64,000 nt of DNA from Thermoanaerobaculia bacterium (lineage in GTDB: Bacteria; Acidobacteriota; Thermoanaerobaculia; Multivoradales; UBA5704). A program made the position numbers and the translations under genes. The notes under the pieces are model-generated. The model was not told the DNA's origin. It did no database searches and was given only the letters and a program-made list of their open reading frames with translations. Positions 9,028-17,863 of this stretch are shown in pieces. The DNA lies in assembly GCA_045807625.1 (NCBI GenBank), contig JBJMHA010000041.1:201228-265227 (forward strand), written 5' to 3'. Position 1 is the first letter of the stretch. The number at the start of each line of letters is the position of its first letter.

Positions 9028-9340
9028 TCGGACGCGTCGTTGGGAGGAGGGAATGCCGTCTTCCCTGTCTCCGATGGCCTACCCGGAGAGGGAAGGCCAT
9101 CTTCCCTCCTTCCAATGGCTCATTGGAGACCGGGAACGCGGCGTTCCCTCCTCAAAACGATGCGTTGGAAGGAGGGAAGACGGCTTTCCCTGTTCCGACA
9201 GCTCCTTGGAAACCGGGAAGATGGCGTTCCCTCTTCTGACAAGGCGTCAGAAGGAGGGAAGACGGCGTTCCCTCTTCCAACGTGCCGTTGGAGAGAGGGA
9301 AGGCGGCCTTCCCTCCTCTGGCGAGACGTTGGAAGCTCAT
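9028..9340. repeat. array of 7 imperfect ~40-bp units, each carrying a GGGAAG-N5-CTTCCC hairpin
   Basis: Hairpins at about 9043, 9076, 9125, 9171, 9214, 9253 and 9292. The segments between them have their own small palindromes (ccaacgtgccgttgg, ctgacaaggcgtcag). Confidence 0.7.
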
Positions 9341-9596
9341 CTCGTTCAAGTGGAAGCTTCGCCGTCTAGTGAGGGCTCTGGTTTCGCTTGTCGGCTCTTT
9401 CCGCGCAGCGGTTGGATACCAAAACGGAGCGGCTAGAGCCCGGCCGGCCCCTCCCGGATCCGGCCGGACTCTCCTTCAACGGGAGGACGCCGAAAGACCG
9501 CCGGAGAGGGGTATCAGGGCGTGTCGAAGAGGGTGGCACCTGTTCCGGCGCCTATCCCCCGGCTTCCCCCGTGTGGACGCCGTGCACCTCTGGCGG

Positions 9597-11057
9597 TCAC
9601 TGAACTGGACAGGTCTTGCAGCCACAGACCGATTGGCCCTGGGGTGCCGCCGGGTAGGCATTCGTCCATTGTCCATTCCAGCCGCCATGGGCTGCGCAGG
9701 TCTGCTGGCAGATGGCCGGCGCCTGGCTGTCGCTGGGGATATAGGTCTGCGACGGGTAGTCGCAGGCGCACAGGTAGTTTGCCCGGGATTCGGCCTGGAT
9801 GGTGCCCTTCATGGCCGTCAGCCAGCTCCGGGACTTGCTGTCGAGCTTGAACATGACGGGGTTGCTGTCCGTGACCAGCCCGTACATCACCGTATAGAGA
9901 GGGAACGACTGGCCGAGGGTCTGGAAAATGCTGGTGCGGGCGGGCATCAGGTACTGAGGTCTCGGGTTGCTCGCATAGGGGCCGATACTGGCGACCATCG
10001 TCAACCTCGACGCCATGACGTTCGCGAGTTGGACGGCGAGACTGCGCGTACCCCGCTGGTTCGTGGACGTGTTGATCCCGATGACGTCCGCGTAAAATAG
10101 GGGTGGGTTCGCATTGTCCGAGAGCGGCATGACTTTGAAGGCGACGGTGGACAGGGTCTGGTCGCTCATGTCGGACATGCTCTCAGAATAGCCGACGACG
10201 GCGCGCCCCCATCCACTGCTGAACCAATTGCTGCGCTGATACGGATCGGAAGGGCTGGCCGTGCCATTTTCATAGCTCGCCATGGCCAGGAGACTGCGCA
10301 GATTCCCGATCGCCGCCGGGTCCAGTTGGGGTGGACTCCACGGCAGCGGCAGCGGGTACTGCCCGGTGATGCTGTGCTCGCTGTCCAGATAGAGGGTCGC
10401 GGTCGTGGTCCCGCCGCTCATGTCGATCATCAGGCCCCGGCGGTCGGGAGGGATCTCGCTGGAGTAGGTACATTGCGAGAGGACGCTGTTCACCTGAGTG
10501 AGTGTGTTCGCCTGGGCGAGCGCCGAGTCGGATTTTTGATAAAACATCAGGTTCGCGCAGCCGAGTTGGGGGATCGCATAGTACAGACCACTGACTTGGA
10601 CCCCCTGGAGAGCGTAGGGAACGAAGTCGCTCAGCCCCTGGACCTCGTTGGGCTGCAGCGGCTCGAGCCAACCTTTGCTGCGGAAATATTCGAAGTACAT
10701 CGCGTCGAACACGAACACGTCGGTATTCGTGGACGGATCGTTTTTGTAACCACCGTCCCATTGGGACGGCGAGAGGAAATTCAACGACACACTGGGTTGG
10801 ACCTGACTCCACGCAGCCTGGATCGCCTGCTGGAACTGAGCGAACCTGGGAACATAGGGGTACAGCCCGACGGTGAGTTGCGTCACGGCAGCGCGATGTG
10901 CCGCAGTCGCGGGTTGGGGAGGCGCGGGCCGGAGCGAGGTGCAACCCGACGTTGCGAGACTCCCCAGGATCAGCAGCACGAGGGCCGCGGTTCGACCCTG
11001 CCGGGCGACAGCCTCCCAGCAGCCCTGCTCGCGAAAACCGAAGGACTTAGGATTCAT
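9597..11057 (-). CDS. secreted lipoprotein of unknown function, Cys-rich C-terminus
   Basis: Start MNPKSFG with AGGAGG 4 nt upstream. Lipobox LATSGC. 486 aa. C-terminal CACDYPS...CQQTCAAHGGWNGQW...CGCKTCPVQ. Confidence 0.6.
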   Translation of the reverse strand: MNPKSFGFREQGCWEAVARQGRTAALVLLILGSLATSGCTSLRPAPPQPATAAHRAAVTQLTVGLYPYVPRFAQFQQAIQAAWSQVQPSVSLNFLSPSQWDGGYKNDPSTNTDVFVFDAMYFEYFRSKGWLEPLQPNEVQGLSDFVPYALQGVQVSGLYYAIPQLGCANLMFYQKSDSALAQANTLTQVNSVLSQCTYSSEIPPDRRGLMIDMSGGTTTATLYLDSEHSITGQYPLPLPWSPPQLDPAAIGNLRSLLAMASYENGTASPSDPYQRSNWFSSGWGRAVVGYSESMSDMSDQTLSTVAFKVMPLSDNANPPLFYADVIGINTSTNQRGTRSLAVQLANVMASRLTMVASIGPYASNPRPQYLMPARTSIFQTLGQSFPLYTVMYGLVTDSNPVMFKLDSKSRSWLTAMKGTIQAESRANYLCACDYPSQTYIPSDSQAPAICQQTCAAHGGWNGQWTNAYPAAPQGQSVCGCKTCPVQ

Positions 11058-11261
11058 AGCGCCTCCTCCTTTCAATCGAACGCCACGATTGGGGGACCGG
11101 CTCTGCCGGTCCGAAGGGTTTGCGAATTGGAACGAGTAAGAGGTTCAATGCTAACACAAACAGGGGCTGTTCGGTGCGCTGCGATGACCGGACGACCCTC
11201 GTCTCCCGCGTCCGGCCCACTCTTCCGCCGCCCGCGGGCGCTGCTCGAAGGCGAGGTCCTG

Positions 11262-11528
11262 GAAGGGGCGGGCGTCGTTCTTGGCCTGATGGGAGCCTGA
11301 AGTCGGCGCTCCTGGGAGGAGCGGGCAGTGGAGGTGTGTCTGGATGGGGTGTTCGAGCGAGAATATCGGAAGTTTGAGTCGGCAATTCCGGTCGGATTTA
11401 GGCCTGGGAGGCCCCGAGATGGCCCAGGAAGGACGCCGAAAGGCTCTTGGAGAGAGGCTTCAGGGCAGGAGAGGGGGGAGAATCGGCGTTATCGAGACTT
11501 CTCTTCGTCGAAGAGGGTGGCACCTGTT
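11262..11528. repeat. partial copy R2 of the 385-bp repeat (3' two-thirds)
   Basis: Aligns to the 3' part of 11516-11915. Ends with gtcgaagagggtggcacctgtt. Confidence 0.75.
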
Positions 11529-11915
11529 CGCACCTGGACGCCTACGCCCTGTTCGTGGCGGCCTACCGTGCCGCTGCCGAGAAGCTCCGGGCCGGGATTC
11601 GCGACGTGGTGTTCCCCCAAGGGAGCTTCCCGCCGCCGATGCCGTTTGTGGGCTGATAGGCCGGCGGGCGTCGTTCTGGACCTGATGGGAGCCTGAAGTC
11701 GGCGCTCCTGGGAGGAGCGGGCGGTGGAGGTGTGTCTGGATAGGGCGTTCGGACGAGAACACCGGAAGTTGACGTCGGCAATTTTGGCTGGATTTGGGGC
11801 TGGGAGACCACCCGGAGGACGTCGAAAAACCACCAGAGAGGGGCGTCAGAGCGGGGGAGAGGGGAGAATCGGCGTTTATCGACGCTCTTCTATGTCGAAG
11901 AGGGTGGCACCTGTT
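11516..11915. repeat. ~385-bp repeat unit R3
   Basis: Starts ggtggcacctgttcgcacc and ends tgtcgaagagggtggcacctgtt. Tandem with R2. Confidence 0.8.
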
Positions 11916-12169
11916 TCGCAGCGGGGGCTCTTGAAAGGAGCCACGGGCGGAGGAAGGCCCCGACGACGACCCTCTGCCTAGAACCCGATGGGTGGCTGGT
12001 GCGGATCCTCGCACCCAAATATCGAAAAGACGGGCGCGCAACCGGATCGGATCGGCAGTCTCGACCTCCCCCCCCACCCAGAGCCGGGGAACTCCCGGAA
12101 GGGAGAGGTACGGGGAGTTGACAAGAGCCTTCTGATGGGTGGCACCTGTTCTGGGTTCCTATGATTACT

Positions 12170-13135
12170 TAGGTGGCACCTGTCCCCCCGGAGGATCAGC
12201 CAATGGGGTAAATACTATGTTGAAACTGAGGTTGGTTCTAATATGCAAAAATGAGTTAAGAGCTTTGTAAATGAGAAGCAGGATGAAGTGCGCGATCTCT
12301 TAATGATCTTGCGGTTCATATCCCACGGAATATTTTCCCGTGACAGGGGATGAAAGCAACTCCGCGAGAGCCCTGACTCTTAAGCGTTTCTACGAAGTTG
12401 CGATCAAATTGAGGATAGCATTCAGAAGCAGGGAGGGTGCCTAATGATTTTCAGGCTTCCATTTGGAAATGGTAATAAAAAGGGGGCCAAAATCAATCGC
12501 CTATACACCTCCTGCCTTGACATGAAGTCCCGCCATAGCCTTTCGTCCTTCCTTTATGACGTACTCGTGTAAGCTCAAAGCCTGGGACATCTCCGGGGCC
12601 TCGATTTCACCCGTTTTCCATTGGTGTATTTTTGCGTTTATGTCTTGTTCTGACATATTATTTAGAAACCGAAGAATCTTGTCAAGGTCGACGAGTTCGG
12701 TATCGCTTAGGAGGTCGTAGAGAATGCCGGCCCGTAGGGCCTCTTGCACGAAGATCCGAAGTGTGCGCGTATAGTCGATGTAGTTGAAAACTGCTTGTTT
12801 GTCGCCAGCCGCCATCTTGAGTCGGATATCCGCGAATGAATGCAACCAGAGGTCGCACAGGGAGACATTGAAAGCCGCCTCACGCTTCAAACCAGTGACT
12901 ATCTTGGTGCGGTCGCGTGACCGCTTGACATGCTCGCTGACGTAGAAAAGCACGATGGAGAAAATAAAGCCAGCCAAGGTCCCTATAAGAGTCGCGAGTG
13001 CGCGACTCCAGAAGCTGGCATCAAGCGTAACAGTTGACATGGGGGGGCCTCCCAGCGTGTTCATGAACGTGTTTAATATGTAATCCAATATCAATATTGT
13101 ATGCCGCCCGATTGTGTCTTTATATACCTAGATCT
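12170..13135. other. AT-rich (~45% GC) island, probably horizontally acquired
   Basis: Sharp composition drop relative to the ~68% GC flanks. Left border carries two GGTGGCACCTGT(T/C) motifs at 12136-12184. Confidence 0.6.
12501..13041 (-). CDS. hypothetical single-TM membrane protein inside the AT-rich island
   Basis: Start MSTVTLDASF with GGGAGG 6 nt upstream. TM segment LIGTLAGFIFSIVLFYV. No family recognised. Confidence 0.5.
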
Positions 13136-13141
13136 TCCTCC

Positions 13142-14968
13142 CTACTTCACCTTCATCCAAGGCGTCTGAATCAGCTCCTCCGCCGGCCACATCCTCATCC
13201 CGATCGGCACCGTCTTCGCCCCCGGCAACTGCATCTCCAGATCGTAGAGGTAGTAATCCCCCGTCCCCCACCACAGCGGATGCACAGCCTTCGGCTCTTC
13301 CATGGCGATCTCGAAGACCACGGAGCCGTTGGGCTCCAGGAGGACGGGGCGGAGCTCGTTGTCGCCGATGCGCAGGTGCGAGGGGCCATTCTTGTCGAGC
13401 TCGACGTTGAGGCCCTTGAGGCGCTTGGGGCTTCCCAGGAGGAGATGGGCGGGCGCGCTGCCGGCGATGCGGAGGGCGTCTCCCTTGTTGGCGGGCCAGA
13501 GGTTGTGGTCGAGGAGCTTCACCCAGAGGCCGTTTCCTACCGCCACCTGCTGGCCTGGCACACTGGCCTGGGTGGTCTCGTAGGGGAGCCACTTGTGGGC
13601 CAGGGGGGAGACGATCCGGTAGTCGCCGCTCTCGGCCAGGGGGTAGGCCGTGGGCGCGGTCCAGAGGGGTTGCAGGAAGGGGGAGGCGAGGAGGACGAGG
13701 AGGGGAGCCCAGATCGCCTTCACCGGCCTTGCGGCCATGAACCAGAGCGCGGGGTAGAGGGGGAGAAAATAGCGGTTTCCCAGGGGGCCGCCACCGTAGA
13801 AGTTGAAGGGGCGCAGCACCAGGAAGGCCAGGGCCGCGGCTCCCACGGCCAGCGGGATCGCCCAGCGTCCTCGGTCCGGCCGGAAGGCGAGGAAGCCCAG
13901 GAGGAGCGGCAGGAACCAGGGGAGGATGCCGACGTTCCTTCCGGCCAGGAAGTAGAGGAGGTTCCACCCTAATAGCTTGAGGTTGAATTCCGGCCTTACG
14001 GCGTCGGCCTGGAGCCAGGAGGCGTTCCCTTCGTGCCGGATCTGGTCGGACCAGCGGGCGGCCGGATAGGAGACCTCCGGATAGGCTCGGGTATAGATCG
14101 CTTGGCGCTGGCCGCCGTAGCCGGTGAGGTCTCCTCCCGCGATCCACTGGAGGCTCATAGAGAGGGCCGCGATCGCCAGCACCCCGAGCAGGAGGCCGGA
14201 GAGGGCTCGCCCGCGCCGGCTGGTTGGGGTCTCCCAGGCGGCCAGGAGCGCCGGGATCAGGAGGACGAGGTAGACGGGGCGGTAGAGGAAGGCGATCCCC
14301 AGCAGAGCGCCCGCGCCCAGCCAGCGGACGGCGAAGGCTCGCGAGGGCTCGGTGTCCTCCCCTTGGTAGATCTGCGGCGGTGGATCGCCTTTTTTCCAAT
14401 AGCGGCGCTCCCCCCAGTAGACGAGGGCGAAGCCGGCCGCCACGGCCGCGAAGAGGAAGAGGTCGGACTCCCCCCAGAAGACGTAGGCGAAGGCGACCGA
14501 GGCGAAGACCCAGACCGCCACCCAGAGCGGCGCGGCCCTACCGATGTGGTTGCGTAGGGCCCGGGCGGCGAGCAGGGCCGCCGCCGCGAGCAGGAGGGCG
14601 TTGACGATCAGGGGGCCGCGGACGGGCGCCACGGCCACGAACGGGGCGAGCAGCAGGGCGTAGAGGGGCGGCTTGCCGTAGGTCAGACGGTCGCTCCCCG
14701 GCCGGCTCTGGAGGATCAGCCCCTGGGGCGGCACCCCCCACTGGGCCACGAAGCGGTCGTAGTCCTTCCTTGAATAGGTGAGGTCGAGGTCGTGGACGAG
14801 GCTGGAGGCCTGCATGGCGTAGGTGGCCTCGTCTCCGATCAGCGGGAGCTTGGAGCGGTCGAGCCGCGCGGCGCCGATCAGCGTCAGCAGCAGGAGGAGG
14901 ATCAGCACGCCCCAGGCGGCGGCTTCGAGGGGGCTGCGTTTGAGATCCATCAGATCCGTCTCTCCCAT
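13142..14968 (-). CDS. PMT/ArnT-family (GT39-like) membrane glycosyltransferase
   Basis: About 608 aa from MGETDLMDLK. Multi-TM. DEATYA motif. Overlaps the upstream GT1 gene by 19 bp. Confidence 0.65.
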   Translation of the reverse strand: MGETDLMDLKRSPLEAAAWGVLILLLLLTLIGAARLDRSKLPLIGDEATYAMQASSLVHDLDLTYSRKDYDRFVAQWGVPPQGLILQSRPGSDRLTYGKPPLYALLLAPFVAVAPVRGPLIVNALLLAAAALLAARALRNHIGRAAPLWVAVWVFASVAFAYVFWGESDLFLFAAVAAGFALVYWGERRYWKKGDPPPQIYQGEDTEPSRAFAVRWLGAGALLGIAFLYRPVYLVLLIPALLAAWETPTSRRGRALSGLLLGVLAIAALSMSLQWIAGGDLTGYGGQRQAIYTRAYPEVSYPAARWSDQIRHEGNASWLQADAVRPEFNLKLLGWNLLYFLAGRNVGILPWFLPLLLGFLAFRPDRGRWAIPLAVGAAALAFLVLRPFNFYGGGPLGNRYFLPLYPALWFMAARPVKAIWAPLLVLLASPFLQPLWTAPTAYPLAESGDYRIVSPLAHKWLPYETTQASVPGQQVAVGNGLWVKLLDHNLWPANKGDALRIAGSAPAHLLLGSPKRLKGLNVELDKNGPSHLRIGDNELRPVLLEPNGSVVFEIAMEEPKAVHPLWWGTGDYYLYDLEMQLPGAKTVPIGMRMWPAEELIQTPWMKVK

Positions 14969-16548
14969 CGCGGGCCTCCGAGCTTGGAGAGGCCGAGGCC
15001 TCCGAAGAGGTGGGGCTCGATCCAGAGGTGGCCCGGTCCCGGCGGGCGCCGCACGTCGGTCTCGAAATGGACCTCCTCGCCCGGCGCCAGGTCGTGGGGG
15101 AGGGCGAGCCAGGGGCGCCCTTCGAGGAGGTCCCGGCCTTCGTCCACGAAGAGCTTCACCACCACGGCCACGCCTCCCGGGCCGCGCTCGCCGGCCAGCC
15201 AGCGGGCGAAGCCGGTGTTCCGCAGGCGCAGGCGCAGCCGGCGGCGCTCCCCCTCGGGCCAGGGAAGGTCCGCGCCTTCGACTTCCAATTCTCCGGGAAG
15301 ATTCCCCCAGGCGAGGCTGGACGGCGGCGGCACGTCCGGATGGCCTTTGGGATCGTCCCCGGGTGGCGGCAGCTCGGCAACTTCGCGGCAGGCGTCGATC
15401 ACGGCGGCGGCGGCGCGGGATGGATCGTGCTTCACGCGGACGTGCTCGCGGGCGGCGCGCCCCATGGCCCGCAGGCGGCCGGGGTCGGCCAGGAGATCGC
15501 GCAGGAGGGCGGCGAGGGCTTCGGGCTCCTCGTCGCCGAGCGGCACGCGGGGGGCGATCTCGATGGGCAGGTCGGCGAACTGGGCGAAATCCGAGACGAT
15601 GGCCGGGCGTCCGGCGGCCAGCACGCGGAGGAGGGAGGCCGAGGTCTCGCCCGCGGTGGGGTAGCGGAGGTTGAGGCAGAGGTCGACGGCGGCGATGGCG
15701 GCCTCGAAGTCCTCGTACGGCACGAAGCCCATGACGTGGACGCGGTCCGCCACGCCGGCCCGCCGCGCTTCCCCCTCGAGGTCCATCACCGGCGCGGCCT
15801 CGCCCACGATCAGGAGATGGACCTCTTCGAGCCCGGGCGCGGCCAGGGCTTGCACGGCGGAGACGGTCCGCTTGATCGGGGTCTGGAAGCCGAAGGAGCC
15901 GAGCACGGGGCCCTCCGGCGGCAGGCCGAAGCGGCGGCGAAGGGCGTGGCCGGCCGCCTCGTCCGCCTCCGGCGGCAGAGGGATTCCCATGGGGACGGCG
16001 CGCACGGGGACGCCGATCTCCTCTTCCGCGAGGAACGCCGCCGCCCATTCGCTGTGGACGAGCACGCCGCGCTGGCGCCGCAGGAGGGCGCGGTGGGCGG
16101 GGAGCTCGAAGACGGGGGCGTCCCCCCAGGCGTTCCAGCGCTTGGCGAGCGCCGCGGCCTCGCCCATCCAGCCGTGATCGCGGGTGAGGCAGGCCTTGTA
16201 ATCCCAGAAGCCGCTCGGCTCGTTGCGGCCGAGGGTGAGGTCGAGCAGGAGGTGGTGGAGCACGACGTCGTGCAGGGTGAGCACGCCGGGCAGGCGCAGG
16301 GCGAGGTCGAGCACCGCGATGTGGTAGCGGTTGTTCCCCATCTGATAGAGGGGGAGTCGGCCGCCGGCGCCGGTCTCGCTCGCCGGGGCCATCGGCCAGG
16401 CGCGCTCGATGGCGGGATCGACCGGCTGGTCCGGCAGGTGGATCAGGCGGACGTCCGCGAGCGCCGCGAGGTGGGGGAGAAGGTCGAGGCTGTAGTCGGC
16501 GATGCCGGAGCGGACGGGGGGGAGGGGGGAGACGTAGTCGAGGCGCAT
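14950..16548 (-). CDS. glycosyltransferase family 1 (GT4-type)
   Basis: 532 aa. GT-B C-terminal domain signatures (VGEAAP..., GFVPYEDF, ETSASLLRVLAAGRPAIVSD). Confidence 0.75.
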   Translation of the reverse strand: MRLDYVSPLPPVRSGIADYSLDLLPHLAALADVRLIHLPDQPVDPAIERAWPMAPASETGAGGRLPLYQMGNNRYHIAVLDLALRLPGVLTLHDVVLHHLLLDLTLGRNEPSGFWDYKACLTRDHGWMGEAAALAKRWNAWGDAPVFELPAHRALLRRQRGVLVHSEWAAAFLAEEEIGVPVRAVPMGIPLPPEADEAAGHALRRRFGLPPEGPVLGSFGFQTPIKRTVSAVQALAAPGLEEVHLLIVGEAAPVMDLEGEARRAGVADRVHVMGFVPYEDFEAAIAAVDLCLNLRYPTAGETSASLLRVLAAGRPAIVSDFAQFADLPIEIAPRVPLGDEEPEALAALLRDLLADPGRLRAMGRAAREHVRVKHDPSRAAAAVIDACREVAELPPPGDDPKGHPDVPPPSSLAWGNLPGELEVEGADLPWPEGERRRLRLRLRNTGFARWLAGERGPGGVAVVVKLFVDEGRDLLEGRPWLALPHDLAPGEEVHFETDVRRPPGPGHLWIEPHLFGGLGLSKLGGPRWERRI

Positions 16549-16555
16549 CAGACCG

Positions 16556-16735
16556 CCCTCCCAAGACCCTCATCACCCCGGCCCTCTTCTCCCGACCCCT
16601 CCCACCCTCCCTCACCGGGAGAAGAGGGAGAAAAACCAAAATCAATGACCTGAACGGTCCTTCTCCCCTCTCCCGGTGAGGGAGGGTGGGAGGGGGCGGG
16701 AGAGGGGCCGGGGGTGAGGGTTTGGGCGGTGGGCA
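16556..16735. repeat. ~170-bp palindromic intergenic element with ~60-bp inverted arms
   Basis: ccctcatcaccccggccctcttctcccgacccctcccaccctccctcaccgggagaagaggg, then a 35-bp loop, then a near-perfect reverse complement. Confidence 0.7.
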
Positions 16736-16746
16736 TCTCTGGCGCC

Positions 16747-17863
16747 CTAGACCACCAAGTCATCCTTCTCCGACGCCATCTGCCCCTTCAAATACCCCTC
16801 GATGAAGGGATCGACGTTGCCGTCGAGGACGCTGTCGGCGTCGCCCACGGAGACGCCGGTGCGGTGGTCCTTGACCATGCGATAGGGCTGGAGGACGTAG
16901 CTGCGGATCTGGCTTCCCCAGGCGTTGTCCATCTTCTTGCCCTCGCGCTCGGCCTGCTCGGCCTTCCGCTTCTGCATCTCCCGGTCGTAGAGGCGGGAGC
17001 GGAGGACCTTCATCGCCATCGCCCGGTTCTTGATCTGGCTGCGCTCGTTCTGGCAGGAGACCACGATGCCGGTGGGGAGGTGGGTCATGCGCACCGCCGA
17101 CTCGGTCTTGTTGACGTGCTGCCCGCCGGCTCCCGAGGAGCGGAAGACGTCGATCCGCAGGTCCTTGTCGTTGACCTCGATCTCGATGTCGTCGTCGACC
17201 TCGGGGTAGACGTCGACCGAGGCGAACGAGGTGTGGCGCCGGGCCTGGAAGTCGTAGGGGCTGATCCGCACCAGCCGGTGGACGCCGTGCTCGCTCTTGA
17301 GGTAGCCGTAGGCGTAGGGGCCGCGCACGGCGAAGGTGGCGCTCTTGATCCCCGCCTCGTCCCCGTCCTGGCGGTCGAGCATCTCGACCTCGTAGCCGTG
17401 GGCCTCCGCCCAGCGCAGGTACATGCGCAGCAGCATCTCGGCCCAGTCCTGCGACTCGGTGCCGCCGGCTCCGGGGTGGATGGCGAGGATGGCGTTCTTC
17501 TCGTCGTCCGGCTCGGAGAGCTTGAGCTGGAGCTCCAGCTTGTCGAGGTCCCCCTCCAGCCGCTCCAGGAAGCGGTCGAACTCGGGGTCGGCCTCCCCTT
17601 CGTTGAGGAGCTCGCGCCAGGTGTCGAGCTCCTCGGCGTCGGCGCGCAGGCGGTTCAGGGTCTGGAGGCGGCGCTCGATCTCGCGGCGCTTCTGAAGGAC
17701 GGGAGCGTTTTTGGCCGGGCTGTCCCAGAAGCCCGGCTGCTGCATCTGGTGGTCGATCTCGGACAGCTCGCGCTCCAGGTCGGTGTCCTCAAAGATACCC
17801 CCGGAGGTTGGTGAGCTGCTCGGCGAGGCCGTCGATCTTCTGCTGGACGTCGTAGGCGATCAT
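16747..17863 (-). CDS. prfB: peptide chain release factor 2 with programmed +1 frameshift
   Basis: N-terminal 24 codons MIAYDVQQKIDGLAEQLTNLRGYL end at CTT TGA G (about 17786-17794). After a +1 shift the reading continues as EDTDLERELSEIDHQMQQPGFWD... GGQ-containing body. AGGAG RBS. Confidence 0.85.

Noticed and set aside
9028-9340. CRISPR array
   Set aside because: Repeats are degenerate, the inter-repeat segments are only about 12-15 bp, and no cas genes are present.
11328-11981. ORFs of 69-122 aa inside the 385-bp repeat units (e.g. MEVCLDGVFEREYRKF..., MSKRVAPV...)
   Set aside because: Different copies are open in different frames. There are no consistent starts or RBS. Treated as non-coding repeats, although one frame preserves a C-terminal-like peptide (see findings).
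3993-12184. Interpretation of GGTGGCACCTGTT as sigma54 promoters
   Set aside because: TGGCAC matches the -24 element, but the -12 GC is at variable spacing or absent in most copies, and several copies are not upstream of any gene.
13142-16645. 1167-aa minus-strand ORF spanning the two glycosyltransferase genes
   Set aside because: Composite. The upstream half is an off-frame Pro/Arg-rich read-through of the GT1 gene. The real genes are 13142-14968 and 14950-16548.
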